A DNA stretch of 64,000 nt, taken from NCBI GenBank assembly GCA_965243205.1, contig CBDEUK010000002.1, positions 224,001 through 288,000 of the forward strand, in the 5' to 3' direction. This document shows, in pieces, positions 29,496 through 39,965 of this stretch. The stretch comes from Gammaproteobacteria bacterium. GTDB taxonomy: Bacteria; Pseudomonadota; Gammaproteobacteria; Eutrophobiales; Eutrophobiaceae. Below the pieces are notes generated by a model. The model ran no database searches. It was not told where the DNA came from and worked only from the letters and a program-made list of their open reading frames with translations. Position 1 is the first letter of the stretch, and every line of letters begins with the position of its first letter. Both the position numbers and the translations under genes were made by a program.

Positions 29496-31160
29496 TTAGT
29501 TTCCGAGTTTTTTATAACGCATGCGTTTTGGTTGTGCGTCTTCACCTTTACGATTAATAAAATCTTCGTGATATTCGGTGAAATTTCCATTATGAAATAC
29601 GACTTCACCATCGTCTTCAAATGCCAGGATGTGCGTCGCGATACGATCTAGGAACCATCGATCATGCGAGATGACCATCACGCAGCCAGGGAAATTTAAA
29701 ATCGCTTCTTCAAGCGCTCGCAGTGTCTCGATATCCAAATCATTGGAAGGTTCATCCAGAAGTAAAACATTTGCCCCTTGTTTTAAGGTATTCGCTAAAT
29801 GTAAACGGCCTCGTTCACCGCCAGATAAATCACCCACACGCTTTTGTTGATCCGAACCTTTAAAGTTAAAACGGCCTACATAAGCACGTGAACTGACTTC
29901 ATAATTACCAATTGCAATATTATCTAAGCCATCTGAAATTGCCTCCCAGACATTTTTATTATCGTCCAAGTTTTCTCGGCTTTGTTCGACAAAAGCAACT
30001 TGTACCGTTTCTCCTAAAGAGATTTCACCTGAGTCGGGTTGTTCAGTACCAGCAATCATACGAAATAGGGTCGATTTACCTGCACCATTACCACCGATGA
30101 TTCCTACAACAGCGCCTTTAGGCACTATAAAACTGAGGTCAGAATACAATTCCTGTTCGCCAAAAGACTTACTGACTTTATCAAATTCAATGACTTTATC
30201 GCCTAAGCGAGAACCTACAGGGATATAGATTTCATTGGTTTCTGAACGTTGTTGAAATTCTTTCGAGTTTAATTCTTCGAAGCGTTCTAGACGTGCCTTA
30301 TTTTTAGCATGGCGACCTTTGGGGTTGCTGCGGACCCATTCTAATTCTTGCTTAATAGCTTTTTGGCGTGCAGATTCAGCTTTTTCTTCACTTTCTAATC
30401 GCGCCTCTTTGGCATTTAACCAGTCAGAATAATTACCTTCGAATGGAATACCCTCACCACGGTCGAGTTCTAAAATCCAACCGGCAACATTATCCAAGAA
30501 GTAACGATCATGAGTCACCGCGACAACGGTTCCATTAAAATCGGCTAAAAATCGTTCTAACCAAAATACCGATTCTGCATCTAAGTGGTTAGTAGGCTCA
30601 TCGAGTAATAACATATCTGGGCGAGAGAGTAGTAAACGGCATAAAGCCACTCGACGTTTTTCACCACCTGATAGGTTTTCGACTTTGGCATCCCAATCTG
30701 GAAGCCGTAAGGCATCAGCAGCGCGTTCCAAAGTATGTTCAAGGTTTTCAGCATCCCAGGCTTGAACAATACTTTCAAATTGTTCTTGTTTCTTTGCCAG
30801 AGCATCAAAATCAGCATCTTCTTCCGCATAGGCGGCATAAACTTCGTTCAATCCAGCTAAGGCATCGAGGGGTTCACGTAGACCATCTTCGACATTTTCG
30901 CGTACGGTTTTATTGGCATCGAGTTCAGGTTCTTGTGGCAGATAACCGACTTTAATATCGGGCATGGGGCGAGCTTCACCAATAATATCTTTATCGATAC
31001 CAGCCATGATTTTTAATAAGGTGGATTTACCTGCACCATTAAGACCAAGTACGCCGATCTTAGCGCCAGGAAAAAAGGATAAATAAATGTCTTTTAATAT
31101 TTGACGTTTTGGCGGGACAATTTTGCCAACGCCGTTCATGGTATAAACGTATTGAGCCAT
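29496..31160 (-). CDS. ettA: ABC-F translational throttle EttA
   Basis: LSFFPGAKIG, two ABC cassettes, ELEWVR linker. Confidence 0.95.
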   Translation of the reverse strand: MAQYVYTMNGVGKIVPPKRQILKDIYLSFFPGAKIGVLGLNGAGKSTLLKIMAGIDKDIIGEARPMPDIKVGYLPQEPELDANKTVRENVEDGLREPLDALAGLNEVYAAYAEEDADFDALAKKQEQFESIVQAWDAENLEHTLERAADALRLPDWDAKVENLSGGEKRRVALCRLLLSRPDMLLLDEPTNHLDAESVFWLERFLADFNGTVVAVTHDRYFLDNVAGWILELDRGEGIPFEGNYSDWLNAKEARLESEEKAESARQKAIKQELEWVRSNPKGRHAKNKARLERFEELNSKEFQQRSETNEIYIPVGSRLGDKVIEFDKVSKSFGEQELYSDLSFIVPKGAVVGIIGGNGAGKSTLFRMIAGTEQPDSGEISLGETVQVAFVEQSRENLDDNKNVWEAISDGLDNIAIGNYEVSSRAYVGRFNFKGSDQQKRVGDLSGGERGRLHLANTLKQGANVLLLDEPSNDLDIETLRALEEAILNFPGCVMVISHDRWFLDRIATHILAFEDDGEVVFHNGNFTEYHEDFINRKGEDAQPKRMRYKKLGN

Positions 31161-31323
31161 TGGGATGTAATCTACTGAGTGTTAATATGGATAAATTATT
31201 TTTTAAGTATTCTATCGAATTTCAAACTAAAAAAAATCTTTATCATGCATTTTATTTAACCCGTTTGGAAAAACGAATCGTTTAAAGAGCTGTGATTCAA
31301 AAATTTGATAACTGGAGATAATC

Positions 31324-32781
31324 ATGAATGACTTAGGAGTTAAAATTGTACAAACATTCGTCACAGCATTATTCGTTGTTTGTACATCTATAGCGCAGGC
31401 TACAGATGATGAAATACTGACTAGCTTAAACGATCAAACATCCGTAGCTGTGACTATTTATAATGAAAACCTTGCATTAATTAAAGATGCTCGATCAATA
31501 ACATTAGATAATGGATTTAATAAACTCGCTTTTCGTGGTGTGAGCGCCATGATGCGCCCTGAAACAGCCTTACTACGTAGCCTTGATGGTTCTAATGGTT
31601 TTCAACTTATAGAACAAAATTTTGATTTTGATTTATTAACACCACAAAAATTGCTTGATAAGTATGTCGGCAAAGAGATCAAAATCGCTAAAATGAACCC
31701 TGCAACAGGTATTGAAACCGTCGAAACCGCTACAGTACTCAGTACTAATCAGGGAGTAGTGGTTAGAATAGCTGATCGTATTGAAACCAATCCTTCAGGT
31801 CGTTATATCTTCGATCAGTTGCCTAATAATTTACGTGATAAACCAACGTTGGTTCTACAACTGAATAATCAAAATACTAAACAACAAGATGTAGAATTGA
31901 GTTACCTCTCTGGTGGGTTATCTTGGAAAGCTGATTATGTAGCCGAGCTTAATGCTGATGATACTCAAATTGATTTAATGGGATGGGTAACATTAAACAA
32001 CAATAGTGGCACAACATATAACAATGCCAAGATGCAGTTGGTCGCAGGAGATGTTAATCAAGTTAAAAATGAATTTCGTCATGCTCGTAAGTCTATGGCA
32101 ATGGATCAGATGGTTTTAGCTGAAGCCGCAGCACCAATGCAAGAAGAAAGCTTGTTCGAATATCATCTATATACGTTAAATCGTCCTACGACTATCGCAG
32201 ATAAACAAACGAAACAAGTATCTTTATTAACGGCAAACAGCGTACCTGTAACTAAACAGTTTTTATTAGAAGGTAATGATTATTACTACTACAGTAGTCA
32301 TGGCAATATTGGTCAAAAAATAAAAATAGGCGTGTTTGTTGAGTTTAATAATGACGAAGCATCGGGTATGGGTATGCCGTTACCCAAAGGCGTGGTTCGT
32401 GTGTATAAAAAAGATTCAAAAGGTAATGCTCAATTTGTTGGTGAAGACCGTATAGACCATACCCCTAAGAATGAAGATATTAAGTTGAAATTAGGCGATG
32501 CATTTGATGTTACTGCAAATAAAAAACAAACTAACTTTAAAAAACGCAGTGGTAATTCAAAATATAATTATGTGTATGAAAGTGCTTACGAAATTGAACT
32601 GAAAAATGCTAAATCCGAAGAGGTCGAAGTTGTGGTACGTGAACCTATTCCAGGTGATTGGCAAATGCTAAAAAGTACGCATGAGCATGAAAAAGTCGCT
32701 GCTGGTACAGCCGAATGGAAAGTGAAAGTTCCTGCTGAGGGAAGTACTGTCTTAAAATATAATGTCTTAGTTCGTTACTAA
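31324..32781 (+). CDS. exported DUF4139-domain protein
   Basis: Signal peptide; VTIYNENLAL, EQNFDFDLL, LSWKADY and GMPLPKG motifs. Confidence 0.8.
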   Translation: MNDLGVKIVQTFVTALFVVCTSIAQATDDEILTSLNDQTSVAVTIYNENLALIKDARSITLDNGFNKLAFRGVSAMMRPETALLRSLDGSNGFQLIEQNFDFDLLTPQKLLDKYVGKEIKIAKMNPATGIETVETATVLSTNQGVVVRIADRIETNPSGRYIFDQLPNNLRDKPTLVLQLNNQNTKQQDVELSYLSGGLSWKADYVAELNADDTQIDLMGWVTLNNNSGTTYNNAKMQLVAGDVNQVKNEFRHARKSMAMDQMVLAEAAAPMQEESLFEYHLYTLNRPTTIADKQTKQVSLLTANSVPVTKQFLLEGNDYYYYSSHGNIGQKIKIGVFVEFNNDEASGMGMPLPKGVVRVYKKDSKGNAQFVGEDRIDHTPKNEDIKLKLGDAFDVTANKKQTNFKKRSGNSKYNYVYESAYEIELKNAKSEEVEVVVREPIPGDWQMLKSTHEHEKVAAGTAEWKVKVPAEGSTVLKYNVLVRY

Positions 32782-32817
32782 ACAATTTTTTGGCATAAAT
32801 ATATAAACAACTATTCT

Positions 32818-32845
32818 AAAACAAGGGCTTATTAGCCCTTGTTTT
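32818..32845 (+). terminator. intrinsic terminator
   Basis: AAAACAAGGGCT-TATT-AGCCCTTGTTTT. Confidence 0.8.
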
Positions 32846-32936
32846 CGTTTGGAAGAGACCTATTTAATCATGACAAAGTCGTTACAAATACGCATAATGC
32901 ACGCGCAAAATTATTGAGCATATTTGAGGAATTATT

Positions 32937-33566
32937 ATGGCCGATTGGCTAGATATTGAACAAACCAATGAATTATTAGCGGATAAAACGCCATCCGAGA
33001 TTATTCAATGGGCAATCGAGCAAAATAAAAATACTATTTTAAGTACGACATTTGGCCCTTTCACATCAGTGATTATTGATATGGCGACGAAAATTAAACC
33101 TGATATACCTGTGCTTTGGGTTGATTCCGGCTATAACACAAAAGATACTTATCAAACGGCGCAAACAGTTATTGAGAAATATAACCTTAATCTCCAAGTA
33201 TATGTTCCAGAAATCACCGCGGCTCGACGGGATGTGATTATGAACGGTATTCCAGCCCCAGATGATGAACTACATGAAGAATTTACTCGTCAGGTGAAAT
33301 TAGAGCCTTTTCAGCGTGCGTTTGCCGAATTGAAACCGGATATCTGGATTAATGGCATGCGAAAAGAAGAGACTGAATTCCGAAAATCCCAGAATATCGT
33401 TACAAAAACTGCGGCAGGGGTTATCAAATTAGCACCTCTATTCAATTGGAGTGAGCTAGATTTGGAAGAATATTTATACGAAAACGATTTGCCGCAGGTT
33501 GAAGAGTATTTTGACCCAACAAAGGCTTTCGAAAATCGTGAATGTGGGTTGCATACGAAGTTTTAA
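32937..33566 (+). CDS. cysH: PAPS/APS reductase family protein (no Fe-S cysteine motifs)
   Basis: VDSGY, K.EPF.RA and C-terminal ECGLH motifs. Confidence 0.8.
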   Translation: MADWLDIEQTNELLADKTPSEIIQWAIEQNKNTILSTTFGPFTSVIIDMATKIKPDIPVLWVDSGYNTKDTYQTAQTVIEKYNLNLQVYVPEITAARRDVIMNGIPAPDDELHEEFTRQVKLEPFQRAFAELKPDIWINGMRKEETEFRKSQNIVTKTAAGVIKLAPLFNWSELDLEEYLYENDLPQVEEYFDPTKAFENRECGLHTKF

Positions 33567-33590
33567 GGGTTAAGTCATTGAGTTGCTAAT

Positions 33591-33619
33591 AAAAAACCGG
33601 CTATATAGCCGGTTTTTTT
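33591..33619 (+). terminator. intrinsic terminator
   Basis: AAAAAACCGGCTATATAGCCGGTTTTTTT palindrome. Confidence 0.85.
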
Positions 33620-33721
33620 GTCCTAGAAATGTGTCGGAGTGCATAAAAATAATTCTAAACTTTTTAATACCTTCGGCCGATTCCTAATAAAGAAGTTAAC
33701 TCAATACACAAGGGGCAAAAT

Positions 33722-34021
33722 ATGCAAACAACATTGGTCATGCGTAATAAAGATAAAAAATACGAATTATCAAAACTTGTTTCAGAACATCGAGACTGGA
33801 AGCTTATCGAAGCTAATGATTATTACGATGCCTTAAATATCATTCAATCAGGAAATGTTGATGCTCTTGCATTAGGTCAAGATGTATCTAGCGAAGATTG
33901 TATTAGCTTGGTATCGACTATGAATGAAGAAAACCCTAATGCCAATATTTATGTCATTATGGAACAGCAAGCAGAATGTGATGTCTCTAAATCATGTGAT
34001 AGAGGGTTTCTCTACGCATAG
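33722..34021 (+). CDS. small degenerate receiver-like protein
   Basis: CheY-like pattern (EANDYYDAL..IQSGNVD) without the canonical Asp/Lys; AGGGG SD; TAAA-N16-GCCGATTC upstream. Confidence 0.5.
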   Translation: MQTTLVMRNKDKKYELSKLVSEHRDWKLIEANDYYDALNIIQSGNVDALALGQDVSSEDCISLVSTMNEENPNANIYVIMEQQAECDVSKSCDRGFLYA

Positions 34022-34309
34022 AATTACAGTGCCTTTCAACTGTCATTTTGACTTAGTAAAACAAAACAGTTAAATAAGATATAAAAAAGAAAACACAAAA
34101 ACTATAAAAATAAGTTTTAGTGTCGTTTTTTTGATTTCAGTATTATCTTATTCATCAATATTATTATTTTTACAAATTTTAGTTTAAATTTTAGTATTCT
34201 CTGAATTACAAAATTACGCTATCATTAGCATAATTAGTAATTTATATATTCAAATAATTAATTAACACCTATCTGTTTTTATTCTTAGAAAAACCCCATT
34301 AAAAGTATT

Positions 34310-37117
34310 ATGACGGAATTCGTTCTTGGACAACGTTGGATTAATAGTGCGCAACCAGAATTAGGTTTGGGTACTATTATTGAATTAGGACATCGTGCAG
34401 TGACAGTAGCCTTTGTTGCGGCTGAAGAAACACGTGTGTTTTCGACGGAGGATACTCCTCTTACTCGTGTTGAATTTAAAGTAGGGGACACCATTGTCAC
34501 TAATGATAAGGAATCGATGATTGTTAAAGAAGTGATAAGTGAAGATTCTTTGTTTGTATATAAAGCCGAAGATGCGAATAAACAGATCCAGACCATATTG
34601 GAACATCAACTTGATCATTTTATTCAATTAGTAAAACCAAGCGAACGTTTATTCAGTCACCAAATTGATAAAAATCAATGGTTTGAGTTGCGTTATCAGG
34701 CCTTAATGCAATCCAGTCGTTTTGCTCATTCAGATGGTTTTGGGCTAAGTGGGTCTAGAACCAGTTTATTACCGCATCAGTTATACATTGCTCATGAGGT
34801 AGGAAAGCGCTACCAGCCTAGAGTCTTATTGGCTGATGAAGTGGGTTTAGGAAAAACCATCGAAGCAGGCATGATTCTACAACAACAAATTTTACGCGGT
34901 GAAGTAAACCGTGTTCTTGTATTATTACCTGAGCCATTATTACATCAATGGCTAGTTGAAATGCTAAGAAGGTTTAACTTGCATTTCAGTTTATATGACA
35001 AAGAACGTTTTGCAGATTCTTTAGAGTCAGAACCAGATATCAATCCATTTCTTCATAGCCAGCGTGTTCTTTGTAGTTTAGATTTTGCGCTTGAGAATGA
35101 ATTACATCAAAAAGCTATTCTCAATGGAGAATGGGATTGTTTAATTGTCGATGAAGCACATCACTTACATTGGGATGAAAAAAATCCTGGCGAAGATTAT
35201 CAATTAGTAGAAACCCTCAGTAAACAAATTGGTTCTGTATTATTGCTCACAGCGACGCCTGAACAATTGGGCAAAGAAAGTCATTTTGCTCGATTAAGAT
35301 TATTAGATGGTAATCGTTTTAGTGAATATGAAACATTTTTAGAAGAAGAACAATCTTATAAACCTATTGCGGATATTATTGAATGTTTATTAGAGGATAA
35401 AATATTATCAAAAGAACAGATTGAAATTTTAAACAAAAATTTGAATGATGATTTTGTTGATTCAGTAAAATTACTTTCTGATGCAAAGATTTTAGAAGAC
35501 GAAGCAAAACAAAGTCTCATACAACGGCTTCTCGATCAACAAGGAACAGGACGTTTATTATTTCGTAATACAAGAGCTTCCGTTGGTGGTTTCCCTCAAC
35601 GTATTGTTCATTCGTATCCTTTAACGCAATCATCTGAATACACAGATGAACAATTATCGTCTCCAACTCCAGAATATGATCTGGATTCATGGAGTAATCA
35701 TGATCCAAGAGTTGAATGGTTATTAGAATTTTTAAAACAGCATACCACTGAAAAGATCCTATTAATTACGGCTCATGCACATACTACGTTAGACCTATCG
35801 GAATATATACGAGTTAAATCCGGTGCGAATATACCTGTATTTCATGAAGGTATGACAATTTTAGAAAGAGATCGGGCTGCAGCGTTTTTTGCGGATGAAG
35901 AAGATGGATGTCAAATGCTTATCTGTTCTGAAATTGGTGGCGAAGGCCGTAATTTTCAATTTGCAAAACACTTAATATTATTTGATTTACCGATTAATCC
36001 AGATTTATTAGAACAACGTATAGGTCGAATTGATCGAATCGGGCAGGGCAGTGAAATACATTTGCATGTCCCGTATATTGAACATTCAGCACAATCCGTT
36101 CTTTATCAATGGTACTACGAAGGTTTAAAAGCTTTACAAGCTCCATGTCCAGCCGGTGCTTCAATTTTTCGTGAATTTAAAAATAGTTTAGACAAAGCTA
36201 TTCAAACCAAATCAATAGACACACTTGAAATACAAACAGTTCATGAAAGAACGGAAGCGATTACAGAACAATTGCACGATGGTCGCGATAAACTTTTAGA
36301 ATTAAATTCTTTTCGCAAAGATGTAGCTGAAACATTAGTAAAACAATTATCTGATACAGAAAATCAACAAGAACTGATTGATTATATGAAATTAGTTTAT
36401 GATTGCTATGGAGTGGATTGTGAAGTACATAGTGATAACGCTTATGTATTACAACCTGCCGAAACGATGGTGGAAGTATTTCCTGGCTTGCCTGATGAAG
36501 GCACGACGATTACGTTTGATAGAGAGACCGCATTAAAATACGAAACGTATCAGTTTCTAACCTGGGAACACGATATGGTCGTTTCGATTACGGATTCTAT
36601 TTTATTAAATGAACGTGGTAATACAGCCGTTATCACGTTTTCAGACCCAGTCGTAAAAGAAGGTTTATTATTAGTCGAATGTTTATTTACATTAGAAGTT
36701 AATCAATCAGTTAAGCCCTATTTAAATTCTAATATTGTTCGAGTAGTCATCGGTGAAGACATACGTGATTACACAAAAGCTCTGGGACATGAAAAAATTA
36801 ATCTTACTAAAGAATTTGTTAAACGAGAATTAGCAAAACAAATTGTTAAAGCCAAACAAAAAGAACTAGAAAAATTAATTAAAATAAGCCAACAACAGGC
36901 AAACAAGCAGAGGGATGCCTTGATTACTGAATCAATGGAAAATATGAAAAATATATTAGGAAGTGAAATAAATCGATTAGAATCACTAGCCAAGATTAAT
37001 CCTAATGTAAGAGAAGAAGAAATAAATCATTTTCACCAACGCTTAGAATCAACACAAAATAATTTAGAATCGGCAAACCTTCGTTTAGACGCGGTCAGAG
37101 TTATTGTTGCGACTTAA
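34310..37117 (+). CDS. rapA: RNA polymerase-associated SWI2/SNF2 ATPase
   Basis: GQRWI...ELGLG, LLADEVGLGKT, DEAHH, EGRNFQF and LEQRIGR motifs. Confidence 0.95.
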   Translation: MTEFVLGQRWINSAQPELGLGTIIELGHRAVTVAFVAAEETRVFSTEDTPLTRVEFKVGDTIVTNDKESMIVKEVISEDSLFVYKAEDANKQIQTILEHQLDHFIQLVKPSERLFSHQIDKNQWFELRYQALMQSSRFAHSDGFGLSGSRTSLLPHQLYIAHEVGKRYQPRVLLADEVGLGKTIEAGMILQQQILRGEVNRVLVLLPEPLLHQWLVEMLRRFNLHFSLYDKERFADSLESEPDINPFLHSQRVLCSLDFALENELHQKAILNGEWDCLIVDEAHHLHWDEKNPGEDYQLVETLSKQIGSVLLLTATPEQLGKESHFARLRLLDGNRFSEYETFLEEEQSYKPIADIIECLLEDKILSKEQIEILNKNLNDDFVDSVKLLSDAKILEDEAKQSLIQRLLDQQGTGRLLFRNTRASVGGFPQRIVHSYPLTQSSEYTDEQLSSPTPEYDLDSWSNHDPRVEWLLEFLKQHTTEKILLITAHAHTTLDLSEYIRVKSGANIPVFHEGMTILERDRAAAFFADEEDGCQMLICSEIGGEGRNFQFAKHLILFDLPINPDLLEQRIGRIDRIGQGSEIHLHVPYIEHSAQSVLYQWYYEGLKALQAPCPAGASIFREFKNSLDKAIQTKSIDTLEIQTVHERTEAITEQLHDGRDKLLELNSFRKDVAETLVKQLSDTENQQELIDYMKLVYDCYGVDCEVHSDNAYVLQPAETMVEVFPGLPDEGTTITFDRETALKYETYQFLTWEHDMVVSITDSILLNERGNTAVITFSDPVVKEGLLLVECLFTLEVNQSVKPYLNSNIVRVVIGEDIRDYTKALGHEKINLTKEFVKRELAKQIVKAKQKELEKLIKISQQQANKQRDALITESMENMKNILGSEINRLESLAKINPNVREEEINHFHQRLESTQNNLESANLRLDAVRVIVAT

Positions 37118-37331
37118 AACTGAATTGATTAATTATTATATGTGGTTGCTTAATTCACAATCAGAATAGATGCTAATATTGCGAAGCAGTAATCATATAT
37201 CGTTATAATATATGTTTTCTATATTGACTAACTAAAATTTGTAATTTATATTCTGAAAAAATACTATAAGTCTAAGAGTACTGTAACAAAATCTACATAT
37301 ATCATTTATCCTAAATTGAGGTAGATTTAAC

Positions 37332-38276
37332 ATGCAGCTTCCAGCCCATCTAGTCGATGTACCTAAAATCGATGAGCTTGAATATCAAGAAAGAAATATT
37401 CTAGCTAAACATAATCTAAACGATCTTGATCTATTTAATGATGATTCATTAGCAAAGATTATCGATGCACATCCTCGTAGCGAGATGACTATCGCTATTA
37501 TGAATCAAGATCCTGAGTCTGGAGAATGGTGGCAGGGTTCCGCAAATGACTTAACGGGTGAGCAGATACTTGTAGCTGTAAAAAAAGGCCAATTTTGGCT
37601 TAACCTTCAAAGGATCTATGAACATAATCCTGAATTTAGAAAAATTACTGATCAACTCTATGATGAGCTGCAGGACAACTCTCCTGGGTTACAACTTACG
37701 GATCGTAATTCTCATTTATTGATATCATCGCCACAAGCTGTTGTTCATTATCATATTGATCATCCTGGTAATATGTTATGGCATATTCGTGGTACGAAAC
37801 GAGTATGGGTTTATCCTTTTGACGATAGAGAATTAATACCAAGAGAGCTTTTTCATTCATTGCTTATGGGACAAAGAAAAGAAGAATTTCCTTTTTCTAA
37901 AAGTTTTGATGATAAAGCCCAGGTATATGATATGGAACCAGGTGATTTTGTTTCATGGCCTCAAAATTCACCTCATCGGGTAGAAAACACTAGTGAATTA
38001 AATGTTTCTTTATCGACCGAACATGCATCAAAACAGACCGAACGACGTGAAAGAATATTAAGAGTTAATAAATTTATATACGATGTTACTGGTGTTGATT
38101 TTGCAAAAACTCCAACAGAAGGTATGGGTTATTACCTCAGGTTACCTGTTATAATATTAGTTCGATTAACTTATAAATTATTTCCTCAACAAAAACCCAC
38201 TAATGATTTTAAATATCCGATAGAGTTTCATATCGATCCAGATTCTGCAGATGGAGTTAAAATGATAACGGAATAA
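37332..38276 (+). CDS. cupin/JmjC-like Fe(II)/2OG oxygenase
   Basis: HxD (YHIDH) ... PHRVEN facial triad; G.K.VWVYP. Confidence 0.7.
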   Translation: MQLPAHLVDVPKIDELEYQERNILAKHNLNDLDLFNDDSLAKIIDAHPRSEMTIAIMNQDPESGEWWQGSANDLTGEQILVAVKKGQFWLNLQRIYEHNPEFRKITDQLYDELQDNSPGLQLTDRNSHLLISSPQAVVHYHIDHPGNMLWHIRGTKRVWVYPFDDRELIPRELFHSLLMGQRKEEFPFSKSFDDKAQVYDMEPGDFVSWPQNSPHRVENTSELNVSLSTEHASKQTERRERILRVNKFIYDVTGVDFAKTPTEGMGYYLRLPVIILVRLTYKLFPQQKPTNDFKYPIEFHIDPDSADGVKMITE

Positions 38277-38294
38277 AAAAGAATATTTTTTTAT

Positions 38295-38336
38295 TCATTA
38301 TGTTTGAATTCAGCTGACTGCTATGGATTGTTAACG
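38295..38336 (-). mobile_element. heavily decayed attC remnant
   Basis: Minus strand CGTTAAC aatccatagcagt-cagctgaattcaaac ATAATGA; overlaps the amidohydrolase stop; the 3' arm matches intact attCs; centre deleted. Confidence 0.55.
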
Positions 38337-39095
38337 GGTTTTAATATTGTAGAATTTTATTGCATTTTCAGAGAATACTTTTTTAGCTGCATTTGCTTCT
38401 AATGTATCAGCAATCAGTGATATATCTGAGTTTTGAAAGGCTATAGGTGCTCTGGTAGAAGGTAAATCTGTACCAAACATCAATGAGTCTGGATGAGCAT
38501 TATAGATTTCCTTAATTGCTTGCGCAGGGTCAAAATCTATTCGGCCAAAACCTGATGCTTTCACTTTAACGCCTTTTTCAACTAGCTTTAATAAATGTTT
38601 GAAGCCAGATTTTTTCAAACCAAGATGATCGATGCTCACAGCTGGAAGTTTTTCTATCATTGGAGATAATTCAGATAAATGCTCAGAATTAAGATAAAGC
38701 TCAACATGCCATCCAACAATATTAAATATACGCTTAGCCATTGCTTCCAAATATTTTATTGATTCCGAACCCTCTCGATATAGATTGAATCGAACACCAG
38801 CAACACCCAATTGGTTTAAATTTATTATTTCTTCGTCATTTGCCCTATAGGATAAATTAAGGATGCCTTTATAGTTACTACCTAATTTATCTAATGCCGA
38901 TATTAAATATTTTTGGTCATAAGCTTGAAAAGAACCAGAAACAATTGTGCCGCCAATAATGTTAAAGTCGGATAATCTTTCTCGATAATTCTCTACAGTA
39001 AAAGGTTCTGGAATGAAGCCGTTATTACTTACGAGAGGGAAAGCTTCATCAATAATATGAAGGTGACTATCAAAGATTTTAAATTCATGTGACAT
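38331..39095 (-). CDS. amidohydrolase_2 family protein (LigI-like), probable old cassette
   Basis: DSHLH, GVRFN, IDHLG, KASGFGR and FGTDLP motifs. Confidence 0.8.
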   Translation of the reverse strand: MSHEFKIFDSHLHIIDEAFPLVSNNGFIPEPFTVENYRERLSDFNIIGGTIVSGSFQAYDQKYLISALDKLGSNYKGILNLSYRANDEEIINLNQLGVAGVRFNLYREGSESIKYLEAMAKRIFNIVGWHVELYLNSEHLSELSPMIEKLPAVSIDHLGLKKSGFKHLLKLVEKGVKVKASGFGRIDFDPAQAIKEIYNAHPDSLMFGTDLPSTRAPIAFQNSDISLIADTLEANAAKKVFSENAIKFYNIKTR

Positions 39096-39115
39096 AAATG
39101 AAAATCTCTATAGAG

Positions 39116-39173
39116 AACTAAAGCTTTAAATCAACTGGCCACGTTAGTGGTAAGCTAGAATGACTTGTTATGC
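39116..39173 (-). mobile_element. degenerate attC
   Basis: GCATAAC + 44 nt + TTTAGTT; aligns without gaps to the attC at 41280 with about 12 substitutions; R' GTT changed to TTT. Confidence 0.75.
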
Positions 39174-39176
39174 GTA

Positions 39177-39677
39177 TTAATCCCACCAGAAATAAACTTT
39201 ACGTTCCATTACTGCGTCAACTCCGAATTCTTCTGCATATGCTTGTTCAATAAAAACATCTTTCAATTCATTTATTAATTGTTCCACCTCTGAATCAGAG
39301 ATTTTTTCACCTGGATTAGGGCCATGATAATACTCTCTTTGATGTGTCCAATAAGGAATGTTTATATGTAGTATTGGAGAACCTGCTCTTCCAAATTCGT
39401 AACAACTAACTTTACCTCTAAATTTTTGTAGGACATTCGCAATTTTTTTACCATCAAATGCATTGTAGTTTTTAACGATAGGGATAATCTGAATTATTTT
39501 ATCAGTTTCAAGGCACTCGGTTACAAAATTTAGAGATCTATAATTTTTTTCTCTTAGATCTCCATAGCCTAGTTTAACAAATTCTATGCTCCCTTCGATT
39601 TGTTCTTTTTCCCAATCCTTGGCACCAAATACATTAATCGAAAATAACAAAATGAAAAAAATACTGACTAATTTCAA
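39177..39677 (-). CDS. cassette-encoded exported hypothetical protein
   Basis: Signal peptide, AGGAG SD, TTG start; cassette runs GTTATGCGTATT...AATACGCATAAC. Confidence 0.75.
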   Translation of the reverse strand: MKLVSIFFILLFSINVFGAKDWEKEQIEGSIEFVKLGYGDLREKNYRSLNFVTECLETDKIIQIIPIVKNYNAFDGKKIANVLQKFRGKVSCYEFGRAGSPILHINIPYWTHQREYYHGPNPGEKISDSEVEQLINELKDVFIEQAYAEEFGVDAVMERKVYFWWD

Positions 39678-39697
39678 ATTAGTGCTCCTTTAAATAC

Positions 39698-39755
39698 GCA
39701 TAACGTTTGAGTTCAGCCGGCCGCGCCAGCGGTCGGCTGGAATGATTTGTTATAT
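39698..39755 (-). mobile_element. attC site
   Basis: ATATAAC aaatcattccagccgaccgctggcgcggccggctgaactcaaac GTTATGC (58 bp). Confidence 0.92.
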
Positions 39756-39792
39756 GCTTTCTGTACGCACTTTGCTTCGATCTAACCCCCAT

Positions 39793-39957
39793 TCATTTTT
39801 CTGGTTTTAAAATAAAAGCAAGAGGGATAGAAAAAGGTCCCAAGACAGCCGCTGTTAAATCGAGCATAAAACCAAATTTAAGCCCACGGCTCTTTCCAAT
39901 GAAGTAGAAGGCCATTCCACCGACTATCCATATTGCAACTAAAATATACTCCATCAT
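39793..39957 (-). CDS. small 2-TM protein (54 aa), second gene of a cassette, absent from the ORF track
   Basis: Translated by hand: MMEYILVAIWIVGGMAFYFIGKSRGLKFGFMLDLTAAVLGPFSIPLAFILKPEK*; starts 8 nt after the upstream stop. Confidence 0.65.
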   Translation of the reverse strand: MMEYILVAIWIVGGMAFYFIGKSRGLKFGFMLDLTAAVLGPFSIPLAFILKPEK

Positions 39958-39965
39958 ACTTTTTC

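Noticed and set aside
34022-34300. Very AT-rich spacer before rapA (also 43620-43800)
   Set aside because: No convincing repeat, ORF or RNA structure; the 103-aa minus ORF at 34285 is antisense to rapA
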